A DNA stretch of 64,000 nucleotides from an uncultured delta proteobacterium (lineage in GTDB: Bacteria > Desulfobacterota > Binatia > UBA9968): NCBI GenBank assembly GCA_963745835.1, contig CAVUZH010000016.1, forward strand, positions 192,001 to 256,000, in the 5' to 3' direction. The stretch's first letter is position 1, and every line of letters starts with the position of its first letter. A model generated the notes under the pieces. It did no database searches. It was not told the DNA's origin and was given only the letters and a program-made list of their open reading frames with translations. The translations under genes and the position numbers were made by a program. Positions 10,504 through 21,003 of the stretch are shown here, in pieces.

Positions 10504-11826
10504 TTACGCGAGTTCGCTAATCGCCGCGTCGAAGATTTCAGCTGCTGTGGTACTCTCTTCCCGCGTGACGATGAGCGGCGGGCACAAGCGCAGGGTACTC
10601 TCGCCGCAACCGAGCAGGAGTAGACCTTTTTCGAAACAATTCCTCATCACCTTATCGCGAAGCGAGCCGTCGGGCGTACCACTTCCATCGGCGCGGACGA
10701 ATTCCACGCCAATCATCAGTCCCAAACCACGGACATCGCCGATCACCGGGTGCTTGTTCTTCAGTTCATTAAGTTTGTCCATCAAATACGCCCCCACCTC
10801 TGTGGCATTATGCAGAAGTCCTGCTTCGATCACAGCTATGCTCGCGAGCGCCGCGGCGCATGCCACTGGATTACCGCCGAAGGTGGAACCATGAGTACCC
10901 GGAGTCCACGTGCTGATCTCGCTCCGAGCGATCATCGCACCCAACGGCATGCCGCTCGCAATGCCCTTGCCCGCGCAGAGAATATCAGGCTCAATGCCCC
11001 AGTGTTCACAGGCAAACATCTTTCCAGTTCGTCCGAAGCCAGACTGGATCTCATCAGCGACGAGTAGGATACCGTGACGGCGACAGAGATCTTGAAGCAT
11101 CCCCAGGTACTCGGGGGGAGGGACGATATAACCGCCCTCGCCTTGGATCGGCTCGACAAAAATCGCCGCGACCTCCTGCGGTGTCACTTGGTAGCGAAAC
11201 AAAACTTTTTCCAGATAACTCACGCATCCGATCTCACAGGAACCATAATTGAGATGATAGGGACAGCGATGGCAGAAAGCGTAAGGAGCATGATGAACTC
11301 CGGGCACCAGCGGAGAAAACTGCGCCCGGTGCGATGAGCGACTGGCGGTCAGGGATAAGGCACCCATAGTGCGGCCGTGAAAAGCGCCATCGAAGGCGAT
11401 CACATGCTGCCTTCTGGTGGCGAAACGCGCCAGCTTGAACGCGGCTTCGACCGTTTCAGTGCCCGAGTTGGTGAAGAAAACTTTCTTGGTTCCGGTTCCA
11501 GGCGCCAGCTGGCTAAGCTTCTCCGCCAGCTCCATCATTGGTTGGTAGTAGAAGTCACTGCCGCAGATATGCAAAAATTTGCGCGCCTGCTCTTCGATGG
11601 CTTGAACTACGCGCGGATGAGAATGGCCGGTATTTGCGACGGCAATGCCGGCCATAAAATCGAGAAAAAGATTCTCATCGACATCTTCGACCACCATCCC
11701 TCGACCTTGCTTCATGACCAGCGGATAAACGCGCCCATAAGCCGGCGCGGTATACTGGCGATCCTTTTCGATGATTGCCTGCGCCCGGGGACCGGGGAGT
11801 TTCGTCTTGATTAAAGGCACTTTCAT
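10504..11826 (-). CDS. class III PLP aminotransferase (4-aminobutyrate/acetylornithine aminotransferase-like)
   Basis: FHGRTMG, EPIQGEGG, DEIQSGFGRTG, GKGIASG, HGSTFGGNP. Confidence 0.92.
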   Translation of the reverse strand: MKVPLIKTKLPGPRAQAIIEKDRQYTAPAYGRVYPLVMKQGRGMVVEDVDENLFLDFMAGIAVANTGHSHPRVVQAIEEQARKFLHICGSDFYYQPMMELAEKLSQLAPGTGTKKVFFTNSGTETVEAAFKLARFATRRQHVIAFDGAFHGRTMGALSLTASRSSHRAQFSPLVPGVHHAPYAFCHRCPYHLNYGSCEIGCVSYLEKVLFRYQVTPQEVAAIFVEPIQGEGGYIVPPPEYLGMLQDLCRRHGILLVADEIQSGFGRTGKMFACEHWGIEPDILCAGKGIASGMPLGAMIARSEISTWTPGTHGSTFGGNPVACAAALASIAVIEAGLLHNATEVGAYLMDKLNELKNKHPVIGDVRGLGLMIGVEFVRADGSGTPDGSLRDKVMRNCFEKGLLLLGCGESTLRLCPPLIVTREESTTAAEIFDAAISELA

Positions 11827-11883
11827 AGGGTTCTCCGTGGTGTCGCATTGTGAAATCGCAGGCAATCTCGGGCCGCGTGAAAC

Positions 11884-13374
11884 TCATTCCGCATTATCGA
11901 TCTGCGCTTTCTGCAACCTGCCCGAGTAATCTACATAAATCGATTTCCATTCACTGAAGATGTCATAGACGGTGGTGCCGGCTTCACGATGACCGTTGCC
12001 GGTATCTTTAACGCCTCCAAACGGCAGATGCACTTCCGCGCCAATGGTGGGCCCATTGATGTAGGTGATGCCCGCCTCGATATCGCGCATGGCGCGGAAG
12101 GCGCGGTTGACGTCAGCGGTGTAAATCGAACTGGACAGGCCGTAGCGAATGCCGTTTAGCACGGCGATGGCCGCATCAAAGTCCGGCACTTCGATAACCG
12201 AAAGCACCGGTCCAAATATTTCTTCTTGGGCCACGCGCATGTTCGGCGTGACTCGATCCAATATCGTCGGCTGAAAGAAAAAACCGTTCACGCATGCGCC
12301 GATATCATAGGCCGAACCCCCGATTAGCATGCGCGCGCCTTCTTGCCGGCCAATTTCCATGTAGGATTGAACCTTATCGCGCGCCGCCTGGTTGATCAGC
12401 GGCCCGATTTCGACGCTTTCATCCAAACCGTCGCCGATCTTGATCTTCTCGATTCGCGCCACCAGCCTATCGATGAATTCGGTTTTGATATCATGGTGCA
12501 AAATCAGCCGACTGGTGGCGGTGCAGCGCTGTCCGGTTGTACCGAACGCGCCCCACAGCGCGCCCTCGACGGCAAGGCCCAGGTCGGCATCCTCCATAAC
12601 GATCTGGGCGTTCTTTCCGCCCAACTCAAGCGAGACGCGCTTGAGCGACTGACCGCACGCAGCAGCAACCTCCCGCCCCACTGCGGCGGAACCGGTGAAG
12701 GAAACCAACTGCACGTCCGGATGGCGCACCAGCGCGGCGCCGACTTCTTCGCCGCGCCCCTGAACCAGATTGACGACCCCAGGAGGCACACCCGCCTGTT
12801 GGAGAATCTCAAAAAGCTTAACGGCGGTGTACGGCGTATCCTCGGCCGGCTTGAGCACCACGGTGTTGCCGCAAATCAGCGCCGGAAACATCTTCCATGT
12901 TGGGATTGCCATCGGAAAATTCCATGGCGTGATCAATGCGCAAACACCAACTGGCGCACGCACCGACATGGCGAACTTATCGGGCAGCTCCGATGGCGTC
13001 GTTTCGCCGAAAAGCCGCCGGCCTTCACCGGCCACATAAAAAGCAGTGTCGATGCCTTCTTGCACGTCGCCGCGCGTTTCTTTCAAGACCTTGCCCATCT
13101 CTCGGGTCATTATCCGGGCGATCTCTTCTTTATGCGCCCTTAGGAGTTCGCCGACTCGATAGAGCAGTTCTCCGCGTTTCGGCGCTGGCACAAGACGCCA
13201 ACTGGCGAAGGCCTTCTTGGCCGCCGCTACCGCGGTATCGACGTCATCGTGATCCGAAGCTGGAAAAAGACCGACAAGGTCGTCGCGGTTGGCCGGATTG
13301 CGATTCTCGATAAACTGTCCGGCTTGCGCCGGCAGCCATTTGCCATCGATATAGTTTTTAAATACTTCAGACAT
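11884..13374 (-). CDS. aldehyde dehydrogenase
   Basis: [24 protein letters not shown] (catalytic Cys), EEIFGP, PFGGVK. Confidence 0.95.
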   Translation of the reverse strand: MSEVFKNYIDGKWLPAQAGQFIENRNPANRDDLVGLFPASDHDDVDTAVAAAKKAFASWRLVPAPKRGELLYRVGELLRAHKEEIARIMTREMGKVLKETRGDVQEGIDTAFYVAGEGRRLFGETTPSELPDKFAMSVRAPVGVCALITPWNFPMAIPTWKMFPALICGNTVVLKPAEDTPYTAVKLFEILQQAGVPPGVVNLVQGRGEEVGAALVRHPDVQLVSFTGSAAVGREVAAACGQSLKRVSLELGGKNAQIVMEDADLGLAVEGALWGAFGTTGQRCTATSRLILHHDIKTEFIDRLVARIEKIKIGDGLDESVEIGPLINQAARDKVQSYMEIGRQEGARMLIGGSAYDIGACVNGFFFQPTILDRVTPNMRVAQEEIFGPVLSVIEVPDFDAAIAVLNGIRYGLSSSIYTADVNRAFRAMRDIEAGITYINGPTIGAEVHLPFGGVKDTGNGHREAGTTVYDIFSEWKSIYVDYSGRLQKAQIDNAE

Positions 13375-13614
13375 AACTATTCTCCGCTCCTGGATTGGCT
13401 GGCTTCATCTACCAAGGGTGACGACTGCCGACAACAGCAAACCCATTCTAGAACCGGCCCGGCGCGAACACAACGTCAACGATCTGGTGAGAATTGCTAA
13501 ACCCATGGAATTCGTTGATTTTTGACCATCAATCAGTTAGCTTCTGGCAACTCGCCAGCCGAGAGATAAGCCGATGGGGCGAGCCGTCAACTTTAGCGAG
13601 CAAAAGGAGACTCT

Positions 13615-14640
13615 ATGTGGCAACTTCGTTGTTTGTTCACGGCAGCAGTCGTCGGATTGTTTTCGGTCCAACCGGCCGCCGCCGCGGAAGACTTTTATAA
13701 AGGCAAAACCGTCAGAATCGTTGTCGGGTTTTCCGCAGGCGGAGGATTTGATACTTACGCGCGCGCCATCGCCCGGCATATGGGCAAACATATCCCTGGA
13801 GAACCGGCGATCATCGTCGAAAACATGACCGGCGCCGGCAGCCTAATCGCGGCGAATCACGTGTATAAGGCTGCCAAACCAGACGGCCTCACAATCGGTC
13901 ACTTCATCGGCGGCCTGTTCTTAGGCCAAGTGCTGGGGCAGAAGGCTATAGAATTCGATGCCCGCAAATTCGAATTCATCGGCGCGCCAATTACCGACCA
14001 CGTGGTGTGTGCGTTGACCAAAGCTAGCGGCATCACCAGTGTGGAAGCATGGATGGCATCCAAGACCCCGATAAAAATGGGAGGGATTGCCCCCGGCACC
14101 TCGACCCCCGACAATGCGACGCGGATCTTGAAGGCAGCGCTCGGACTACCAATTCAAATTGTGTCGGGCTACAAAGGCACCGCCGATGTGAGATTGGCCG
14201 CCGAAAGCGGCGAAATCGCCGGCGGCTGTTGGGGCTGGGATTCTGTCAGCGTGACTTGGCAGAAAGCACTCGCCAGCGGCGATGCCGTGGTTGTCCTCCA
14301 GGCCAACCGCCGAAACCATCCAGATCTCCCTAAAGTGCCCCAAGCGATCAAGCTGGCGAAAACAGAAGAGGGCCGCAAAATGATTGAAGTGGCAATCCAC
14401 GGCGATAGTGATATCGTTCGCACCTATACGCTACCGCCAGGGACTCCGAAAGATCGAGTTCAATTGCTGCGTAAAGCGTTCGATGCGACACTAACCGATC
14501 CTGAATTCCTGGCGGATGCAAAGAAGTCGAAATTGAATGTCGATCCTGTGGCCGTCGACGAGGTGGAGAAAGTTATCGGCGGCCTATTCAAGCTCGATCA
14601 GTCGATGATCGGCAAACTGAAAGAGATTCTTTACAACTGA
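13615..14640 (+). CDS. tripartite tricarboxylate transporter substrate-binding protein (Bug/TctC-like)
   Basis: signal peptide, VGFSAGGGFD, VENMTGAGS, KPDGLT, GYKG, LPPGTP. Confidence 0.88.
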   Translation: MWQLRCLFTAAVVGLFSVQPAAAAEDFYKGKTVRIVVGFSAGGGFDTYARAIARHMGKHIPGEPAIIVENMTGAGSLIAANHVYKAAKPDGLTIGHFIGGLFLGQVLGQKAIEFDARKFEFIGAPITDHVVCALTKASGITSVEAWMASKTPIKMGGIAPGTSTPDNATRILKAALGLPIQIVSGYKGTADVRLAAESGEIAGGCWGWDSVSVTWQKALASGDAVVVLQANRRNHPDLPKVPQAIKLAKTEEGRKMIEVAIHGDSDIVRTYTLPPGTPKDRVQLLRKAFDATLTDPEFLADAKKSKLNVDPVAVDEVEKVIGGLFKLDQSMIGKLKEILYN

Positions 14641-14712
14641 AAACTCGGGACTGACCGATCATCAATTAGCGACGACATAGAATTCGCTGTATCGCGTCGA
14701 GGTAGAACCCTA

Positions 14713-16716
14713 ATGGTGGAAATGTTCAGCGCGCTGAGTTTGGGACTCGTTCAAGTTTTCAACTGGTCTACCTTCAGTTTGATGATGATCGGTATCGCCG
14801 TAGGCTTCGTCGTCGGGATTCTTCCCGGCTTGGGCGGCCCCACCGCGATGGCTTTGATGTTGCCGTTCGTTTTCAAAATGAACGCGGTAGAAGCGTTTGC
14901 CTTTCTTCTCGGCATGACGGCGGTTACAGCCACAACCGGAGATATCACGTCTGTCCTGTTTGGCGTCCCTGGCGAACCGACCACGGCTTCGACCATTGTC
15001 GACGGCCACACGATGGCGCGCAACGGCGAGGCCGGCCGGGCGCTGGGCGCAGTGCTGATGAGTTCGTTGGTCGGCGCTATTTTCGCCGCGATCGCTCTAG
15101 CCATTGCTATCCCGATCATTCGTCCTCTGGTTCTCTCGTTCGGTTCTCCTGAGTTTTTCATGCTGGCGATTCTCGGCATCTCGTTCGTCGCTTCTCTTAG
15201 CGGTGAAGATCAGCTCAAAGGGATCATCGCCGGCGGCATCGGTCTGCTGCTCGCCACCATTGGCCTGGATCCGATCTCCGGCATCCAACGTTATACCTTC
15301 GGGCAGTTGTTTCTTTGGGACGGCATTGGTCTCGTGCCGATTACAATCGGCTTTTACGCCATTCCTGAAACCATTGAGCTCGCGGTATTGGGGACCAGTA
15401 TCGCCAAGCAGGAAGTGGGCAAACTCGGCGGCGTCCTGGAAGGGGTGAAAGATACTTTCCGTCACTTTTGGCTGGTAATCCGCTGCAGCGCTCTGGGCTG
15501 CTTTATCGCGATCATTCCAGGCATGGGGGCCGCGACCACACAGTGGCTTGCCTATGCTCACGCGGTGCAGAGCTCGCCCAACAAAGAACGCTTCGGCAAA
15601 GGCGATGTTCGTGGTGTGTTGGGTCCGGGCGCGGCAAATAATTCGACCTTGGGCGGGAGCTTGATTACCACGATTGCTTTCGGTGTGCCCGCCAGCGTTG
15701 TCATGGCGATCTTGCTCGGGGCTTTTATCATTCAGGGAATTGTCCCCGGTCCAGACATGCTGATCCCCCCACCCAAAGGTAAACTGGACCTTACGTTTTC
15801 ATTCGTTTGGGTAATCATACTTTCGAACATCATCACGGTTGCGGTCTGTTTCCTATTTTTAAAGCCGCTCGCTAAGGTGACTCAAGTACGCGGCGGCATC
15901 ATCATTCCGCTGATTTTAGTGCTGATCTATCTGGGCGCTTATGCGGAGAAGAATGCATTTGCAGATATGGTGGTGGTGCTTGTCTTCGGCGCGCTCGGGT
16001 GGGTTATGGAGAAGATGGAATGGCCGCGACCCCCGGTGCTGCTCGGCCTTGTCCTCGGTCCTTTAGCAGAGAATCGCCTCTTTCTCTCCACCGACAACTA
16101 CGGCTTGAATTGGACGAGGCGGCCGGGCGTTATAATCATCTTTGCCATCACCTTATTTGGGATACTTTATCCGATCTACAAGAGTAGGAAAGAACGGCGG
16201 GTTGCCACTGCCACTGGTTCCGCTCCGGTCGAGACACCTGGCCGTGGCGGCATCCATTTCGGCCCAGGCGCGATATTTACTCTTGTCATTGCCGCGACAA
16301 TTGCCGTGGCGCTTTTTGAAAGCCGCAACTTCGGCTTTCGCGCCGGGCTGTTTCCATGGGTTATTGGCATCCCGACTCTGCTGTTGGCACTGGTGCAGCT
16401 CGCGAAAGATGTGACCCGGCCGAAAGAAGCGCGGGCGAGTGGGCATGAGGCGATTTCGCCAGAAGCAGTCCGGCACAGGACGGTCTCGATACTCGGTTGG
16501 ATACTGGGTTGTTTTTTGGCTATTTGGCTCCTGGGTTTTTCGTATGCGGTGCCGCTCTTTATTTTCGTTTATTTGAAGTTCGAAGCCCGCGAAGGCTGGC
16601 TGACGACACTTGCCGTGACATTTTTTTCCTGGCTATTCTTTTACATGCTTTTCGAAAGAATGCTCAATGTCCCGTTCCCCGATCCACTGCTTCTTTCGTT
16701 GTTTAGTGATACCTGA
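14713..16716 (+). CDS. tripartite tricarboxylate transporter permease TctA with fused C-terminal TctB-like domain
   Basis: GILPGLG, GVPGEP, FGSPEFF, GAANNS, LGLVLGP; extra ~170 aa with several TM helices ending LFERMLNVPFP. Confidence 0.85.
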   Translation: MVEMFSALSLGLVQVFNWSTFSLMMIGIAVGFVVGILPGLGGPTAMALMLPFVFKMNAVEAFAFLLGMTAVTATTGDITSVLFGVPGEPTTASTIVDGHTMARNGEAGRALGAVLMSSLVGAIFAAIALAIAIPIIRPLVLSFGSPEFFMLAILGISFVASLSGEDQLKGIIAGGIGLLLATIGLDPISGIQRYTFGQLFLWDGIGLVPITIGFYAIPETIELAVLGTSIAKQEVGKLGGVLEGVKDTFRHFWLVIRCSALGCFIAIIPGMGAATTQWLAYAHAVQSSPNKERFGKGDVRGVLGPGAANNSTLGGSLITTIAFGVPASVVMAILLGAFIIQGIVPGPDMLIPPPKGKLDLTFSFVWVIILSNIITVAVCFLFLKPLAKVTQVRGGIIIPLILVLIYLGAYAEKNAFADMVVVLVFGALGWVMEKMEWPRPPVLLGLVLGPLAENRLFLSTDNYGLNWTRRPGVIIIFAITLFGILYPIYKSRKERRVATATGSAPVETPGRGGIHFGPGAIFTLVIAATIAVALFESRNFGFRAGLFPWVIGIPTLLLALVQLAKDVTRPKEARASGHEAISPEAVRHRTVSILGWILGCFLAIWLLGFSYAVPLFIFVYLKFEAREGWLTTLAVTFFSWLFFYMLFERMLNVPFPDPLLLSLFSDT

Positions 16717-16823
16717 TCTGCCGGAGCAGGTACGAAGATGCTCCGGATTGTGCGCGGCTGTTTGCCCCGTCATTCAGTCGCGGCTATTAGCGATTGACAC
16801 ATGAACCGGATTGAGAAGACGGG

Positions 16824-19115
16824 TTAGTTCGCCGGGTGGAGCGCGCGCCAGACTTTCTCGGGTGTCAGAGGCAAATCATAGAATTGCACTCCAGTGGCAA
16901 CGCGGACGGCGTTGCCAATAGCGGCAGCCACCGGCAGTAAACCACCCTCCCCGGTTCCTTTTGCCCCGAATGGCCCGGGGCCATTATGATTTTCGACCAG
17001 AATGGTTTCAAAATCCTTCGGCAGATGAGTGAAGCTGGGAACCCGGTAATCGACAAGGTTGGGATTCAAAAGCTGGCCGTCTTTGTAAATCATCTCTTCG
17101 AGCAAGGTGTGACCAATCGCGTTCATCACGCCGCCCTCGTCTTGTCCCTCGCACAACACTGGGTGGATTGCCTGACCGACATCGGCTAAAGAGACATACT
17201 TGAGGAGCTTGACTTCACCTGTATCGGGATCGACTTCCACTTCAGCCGCGCCCCAGCTGATTTCCCAGAAAGTCGTCGGTGAACCTAGAGCCGCGTCTTT
17301 GGTCTTAATGTCTTGATAGGCGCCGCGTCCGACGATCTCTCCCGCCCTCGAGAGAAATACCTTTTGCATCAACTCGGGAAAGGATACGCTTGCGCCTTCG
17401 CCAGCGTGAATTCTTCGGTCTCTTAGAATTAGCTGATCCGGTTTGACCTTCAACAGTTTCCCCGCATGACGGAACAATTGCCGTTTTAGATCTTGGGCAG
17501 CTCTTTGCGACGACAATCCCATGACCACGGTCGAGCTGCTGGCGTTGGTGTTGACGTCATAGGGAGTCACGTCGGTGTCCAGTTGCGCCACCGTCACACA
17601 ATCAAACGGAACGCTCAATTCTTCGGCAACAATCTGGCTCAACGCGGTGCGCGCGCCTTGGCCAATCTCGACCGTCCCGGTGAGCAAAACCACACTTCCG
17701 TCTGAGTTCATCTTCACCGCCGCCGAAGAGACCTTATAGGTTCCGCCGCCATCTTTCATGCAGCAGGCAAGACCTTTCCCCCGATTTTTACTCCCGCCGT
17801 TGTCGCCCCAGCCGATTGCTTTCGAAGCGTGGCGCAAGCCTTCGGCCAAATCGCAATCAACCGGTGTGTCACCAGGCGTATAAAGTTCGCCTTTCTTCAA
17901 TAGGTTCTTCAGGCGAAACTCCAAGGGATCCAATCCTAATTTTTCGGCAATGATATCCATCTGTGATTCGTACGCCCAAGTCACCTGTAGCGTGCCGAAA
18001 CCGCGATACGCCCCAGCCGGTACGGTATTGGTGTACACCGTGTAAGCGTCAGCCTTGGTGTGCGGGATGCGATAAGGACCAAACGACCGGTAGCCAGCCT
18101 TCTGTGTCACCCGCGGACCGGCGTCGGCATAAGCGCCGGTCTCCATATGAATCAGGCACTCGCGGGCCACTAAAAGTCCATCCTTGCTGACCCCGGTCTT
18201 AATCCGCACCCGGGCCGGATGTCGGGTCACAGTCTTAAAACTTTCCTCAATGGTGTGAACCAAGCGCACCGGACGTTTGGCCTTGGATGACAAGGCAGCC
18301 GCCAGGGGCTCTGTTTTCACCGCCAGTTTTCCACCATACCCGCCCCCCACATAGGGGACGATGATACGAATCTTATTAAGCGGCACTTTGAATATATCGG
18401 CCAAGTGCTCGCGCAATGTAAACGGCTCCTGCGTTCCCGCCCACATGATGATCCGATCAGCCTCAACTTGAGCCACGGTGGCATGAGGCTCCATCGAGAA
18501 ATGCTGGACGCGGGGAAAGGTAAACGTGTTTTCAAACACGTGATCGGATTTCTTAAACCCTTCGGCAACTTCTCCCTTGGCGTAACTGAAACGGTAGCAA
18601 AGATTGCTGCCGGCAAATTCCTTCGGCGTTTCATAGCGCTGTCCCATCAACTCACCGCCCATCGAAGCCGAATCGTGAACCAACACCGCGCCCGGCGCCA
18701 ATGCCTCTTCCAGTGAAGACACTGCCGGCAATTCCTGGTATTCGACATCGATCAGCGCCAACGCTTCTTCGGCCGTGGCTTCATCGACTGCCGCAACCGC
18801 CGCGACCGGATCCCCGACATAGCGAACCTTATCTACAGCAACAATGGTTTGATCCTTGTAAGCGGCGCCGAACATGCCAAGTTCGCGCTGATCTTCCTTA
18901 GTGATGACAGCGTAAACGCCGGGAAGGCGCTCGGCCTTACTGGAATCTACCCGCACGATGCGCGCGTGCGGGTAGGGGCTGCGCAATACCTTAGCATGCG
19001 CCATCCCAGGCAAATCGACATCGACGGTGTAAACAGCCTTGCCGGTAACTTTCTCTGCGCCGTCAGATCTAGGCTCTGCCCGGCCGATAACCCTGTAGGT
19101 CTGCGAATCGTTCAT
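16824..19115 (-). CDS. xanthine dehydrogenase-family molybdopterin-binding large subunit
   Basis: KVTGKAVY, LRSPYPHA, GGGYGGK, AYRGFG, EIGQG, GAKGTGEG. Start is ATG 19115 or 19154. Confidence 0.92.
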   Translation of the reverse strand: MNDSQTYRVIGRAEPRSDGAEKVTGKAVYTVDVDLPGMAHAKVLRSPYPHARIVRVDSSKAERLPGVYAVITKEDQRELGMFGAAYKDQTIVAVDKVRYVGDPVAAVAAVDEATAEEALALIDVEYQELPAVSSLEEALAPGAVLVHDSASMGGELMGQRYETPKEFAGSNLCYRFSYAKGEVAEGFKKSDHVFENTFTFPRVQHFSMEPHATVAQVEADRIIMWAGTQEPFTLREHLADIFKVPLNKIRIIVPYVGGGYGGKLAVKTEPLAAALSSKAKRPVRLVHTIEESFKTVTRHPARVRIKTGVSKDGLLVARECLIHMETGAYADAGPRVTQKAGYRSFGPYRIPHTKADAYTVYTNTVPAGAYRGFGTLQVTWAYESQMDIIAEKLGLDPLEFRLKNLLKKGELYTPGDTPVDCDLAEGLRHASKAIGWGDNGGSKNRGKGLACCMKDGGGTYKVSSAAVKMNSDGSVVLLTGTVEIGQGARTALSQIVAEELSVPFDCVTVAQLDTDVTPYDVNTNASSSTVVMGLSSQRAAQDLKRQLFRHAGKLLKVKPDQLILRDRRIHAGEGASVSFPELMQKVFLSRAGEIVGRGAYQDIKTKDAALGSPTTFWEISWGAAEVEVDPDTGEVKLLKYVSLADVGQAIHPVLCEGQDEGGVMNAIGHTLLEEMIYKDGQLLNPNLVDYRVPSFTHLPKDFETILVENHNGPGPFGAKGTGEGGLLPVAAAIGNAVRVATGVQFYDLPLTPEKVWRALHPAN

Positions 19116-19122
19116 TGAAACC

Positions 19123-20433
19123 TCAGCTGCGGTATTTTTGTTTGACCCATTCAATTGCCTCCTGGCGGCTGGTCAGTTCACCGCCGAGCTGTGCATCTTC
19201 TACCTGCCGCAAGATTTCGGCGAAGATTGGACCCGGAATATATCCCATTTCGATCAGATCCGTGCCGCGCAACAGCGGCTCAGGGCGGATCTCTTCCTCT
19301 TGCATCTGCGAACGCCGCTCTTGGCAGAAATGATAGTATTGCAAATCTCCGCTGGACGACAAGGCATCGATACGCGCCAATCCTAACAGCTCATCGATGC
19401 CTTCCTCGCGCAAAAAACGCTTAAGCGTGCTCAGTCGCATCTTAGGCGCCTGCGTATGACGCAGGTGATTTTTGACCAAGTACGCGACCCGCTCCCAGAC
19501 TGCTCGTTCGCGCTTGAGCCGTTTCAGTATCGCTTCGGCCATTTCCGCGCCACGATCGGTGTGGCCGTAGAAAGTGATACGATCGGCTTCCTTGCGAAAG
19601 CAAACCGGCTTTCCGACATCGTGCAGGAGGCAACCGTACGCCAGGGTTTCCGTCGGCTTTTCGAGATGGCTCAAAGTCAAAAGCGTGTGCTTGAAAACAT
19701 CGCCCTCCGGATGGTGCTCCGCGCTCTGCTCAACGCCCTTCATCTGCTCGATCTCCGGCAGCAGAATCTCCAACAAACCTGTTTCGTCCAACAGCTCGAA
19801 TCCCCTTCGCGCACCGCCTTCGGTGAGGATCCGAGTGATCTCCTCGCCGATTCGTTCGGACGAAATCTGTGTGATCATTGCCGCCGACTGCTTGATGGCG
19901 TCCAGGGTTAAGCTGTCGATATCGAAGTTCAAGCTGGCGGCAAAGCGGATCGCCCGCACCATTCGCAATCGGTCTTCTTCGAAACGTTGCCGCGGATCGC
20001 CGATGGCGCGGATGCAGCGCCTTGCAAGATCTCTCTTGCCTTCGACCAAGTCGATAACCCGATTCTCGACTGGGTCGTATACCATTCCATTGATGGTGAA
20101 ATCACGCCGGAAGATATCTTCTTGCAGAGTTCCGTAGCGTACCTGGCTCGGTCGGCGGCCGTCCAGATAGGGACCATCAAATCGGAAGGACGCGACTTCA
20201 AAAGATTGCCCGTCCAACATCACTAAGACGACCCCAAATTGCGCGCCCACCGGAATAGTTCGAGGGAAAATCCGTTGAACGTCCTCCGGCCTGGCGCTGG
20301 TTGCAATGTCGTAATCTTGCGGGGTCTTGTTGAGCAAAAAATCGCGGACGCATCCGCCCGCTAGATAACTCTCGTAGCCTTCCTCACGGAGCCGCTTAAC
20401 AATAGCAACAGCTTGATGATCCGGTGACATCAT
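19123..20433 (-). CDS. cca: CCA tRNA nucleotidyltransferase / poly(A) polymerase family with HD domain
   Basis: GGCVRD, DYDIAT, RRDFTING, EDRLRMVRAIRF, HHPEGDV..H, LLHDVGKP. Confidence 0.88.
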   Translation of the reverse strand: MMSPDHQAVAIVKRLREEGYESYLAGGCVRDFLLNKTPQDYDIATSARPEDVQRIFPRTIPVGAQFGVVLVMLDGQSFEVASFRFDGPYLDGRRPSQVRYGTLQEDIFRRDFTINGMVYDPVENRVIDLVEGKRDLARRCIRAIGDPRQRFEEDRLRMVRAIRFAASLNFDIDSLTLDAIKQSAAMITQISSERIGEEITRILTEGGARRGFELLDETGLLEILLPEIEQMKGVEQSAEHHPEGDVFKHTLLTLSHLEKPTETLAYGCLLHDVGKPVCFRKEADRITFYGHTDRGAEMAEAILKRLKRERAVWERVAYLVKNHLRHTQAPKMRLSTLKRFLREEGIDELLGLARIDALSSSGDLQYYHFCQERRSQMQEEEIRPEPLLRGTDLIEMGYIPGPIFAEILRQVEDAQLGGELTSRQEAIEWVKQKYRS

Positions 20434-20492
20434 CCGGTCTCTCCAGTTCCAACAGACAATTCAATGAAACCAGAAGTGGAGGCAAAAAACGA

Positions 20493-20879
20493 CTAGGAAG
20501 GACCCGCGTCCCCGCTCTGAGGAAGCAACTCTCGAATCTTGCTCTGCAGCTCAAGAAAGGTGAAAGGCTTGACAATGTAGCTGTTGCAGCCCGCTTCCAT
20601 GCAGGTCTTGAGATCGGAATCGCGAAACATCGCTGTGGCAGCCAGGATCGGGATGTCCTTGGTTTCGGGGTCGGCGCGCACGGCTCGAGCCGCTTCCCAC
20701 CCGTCCATTCCAGGCATCATGATATCCATCAAAATCAACTCAGGCTTTTCCGCAATAGCCTTTTCTATACCCTCTTTGCCGTGCTTCGCTAGAATCGGCC
20801 TAAATCCCATCAATTCGATTTGCCAGCTGAGCAGCTCACGCATATCCGCGTGGTCTTCGATGATTAGAACTTTCTGCAT
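20493..20879 (-). CDS. single-domain response regulator (DivK/CheY-like)
   Basis: IIED, LMDIMMPGMDG, AATA, YIVKPF. Confidence 0.9.
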   Translation of the reverse strand: MQKVLIIEDHADMRELLSWQIELMGFRPILAKHGKEGIEKAIAEKPELILMDIMMPGMDGWEAARAVRADPETKDIPILAATAMFRDSDLKTCMEAGCNSYIVKPFTFLELQSKIRELLPQSGDAGPS

Positions 20880-21003
20880 GGACAAGCCGCTTTCTAGGCT
20901 GGGACAGTGATGATCGAGTTTAGTTAGTCCGGCAGCTACACCGCACAAATATGCCGTGGCAGCTAACCGCCGTCAAGCATTTGTGACCGATCGCACAAAG
21001 AAT

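Noticed and set aside
12343-13143. Long antisense ORFs (also 35242-36060, 46636-47361 and others)
   Set aside because: Shadow frames of well-supported genes, expected in GC-rich DNA
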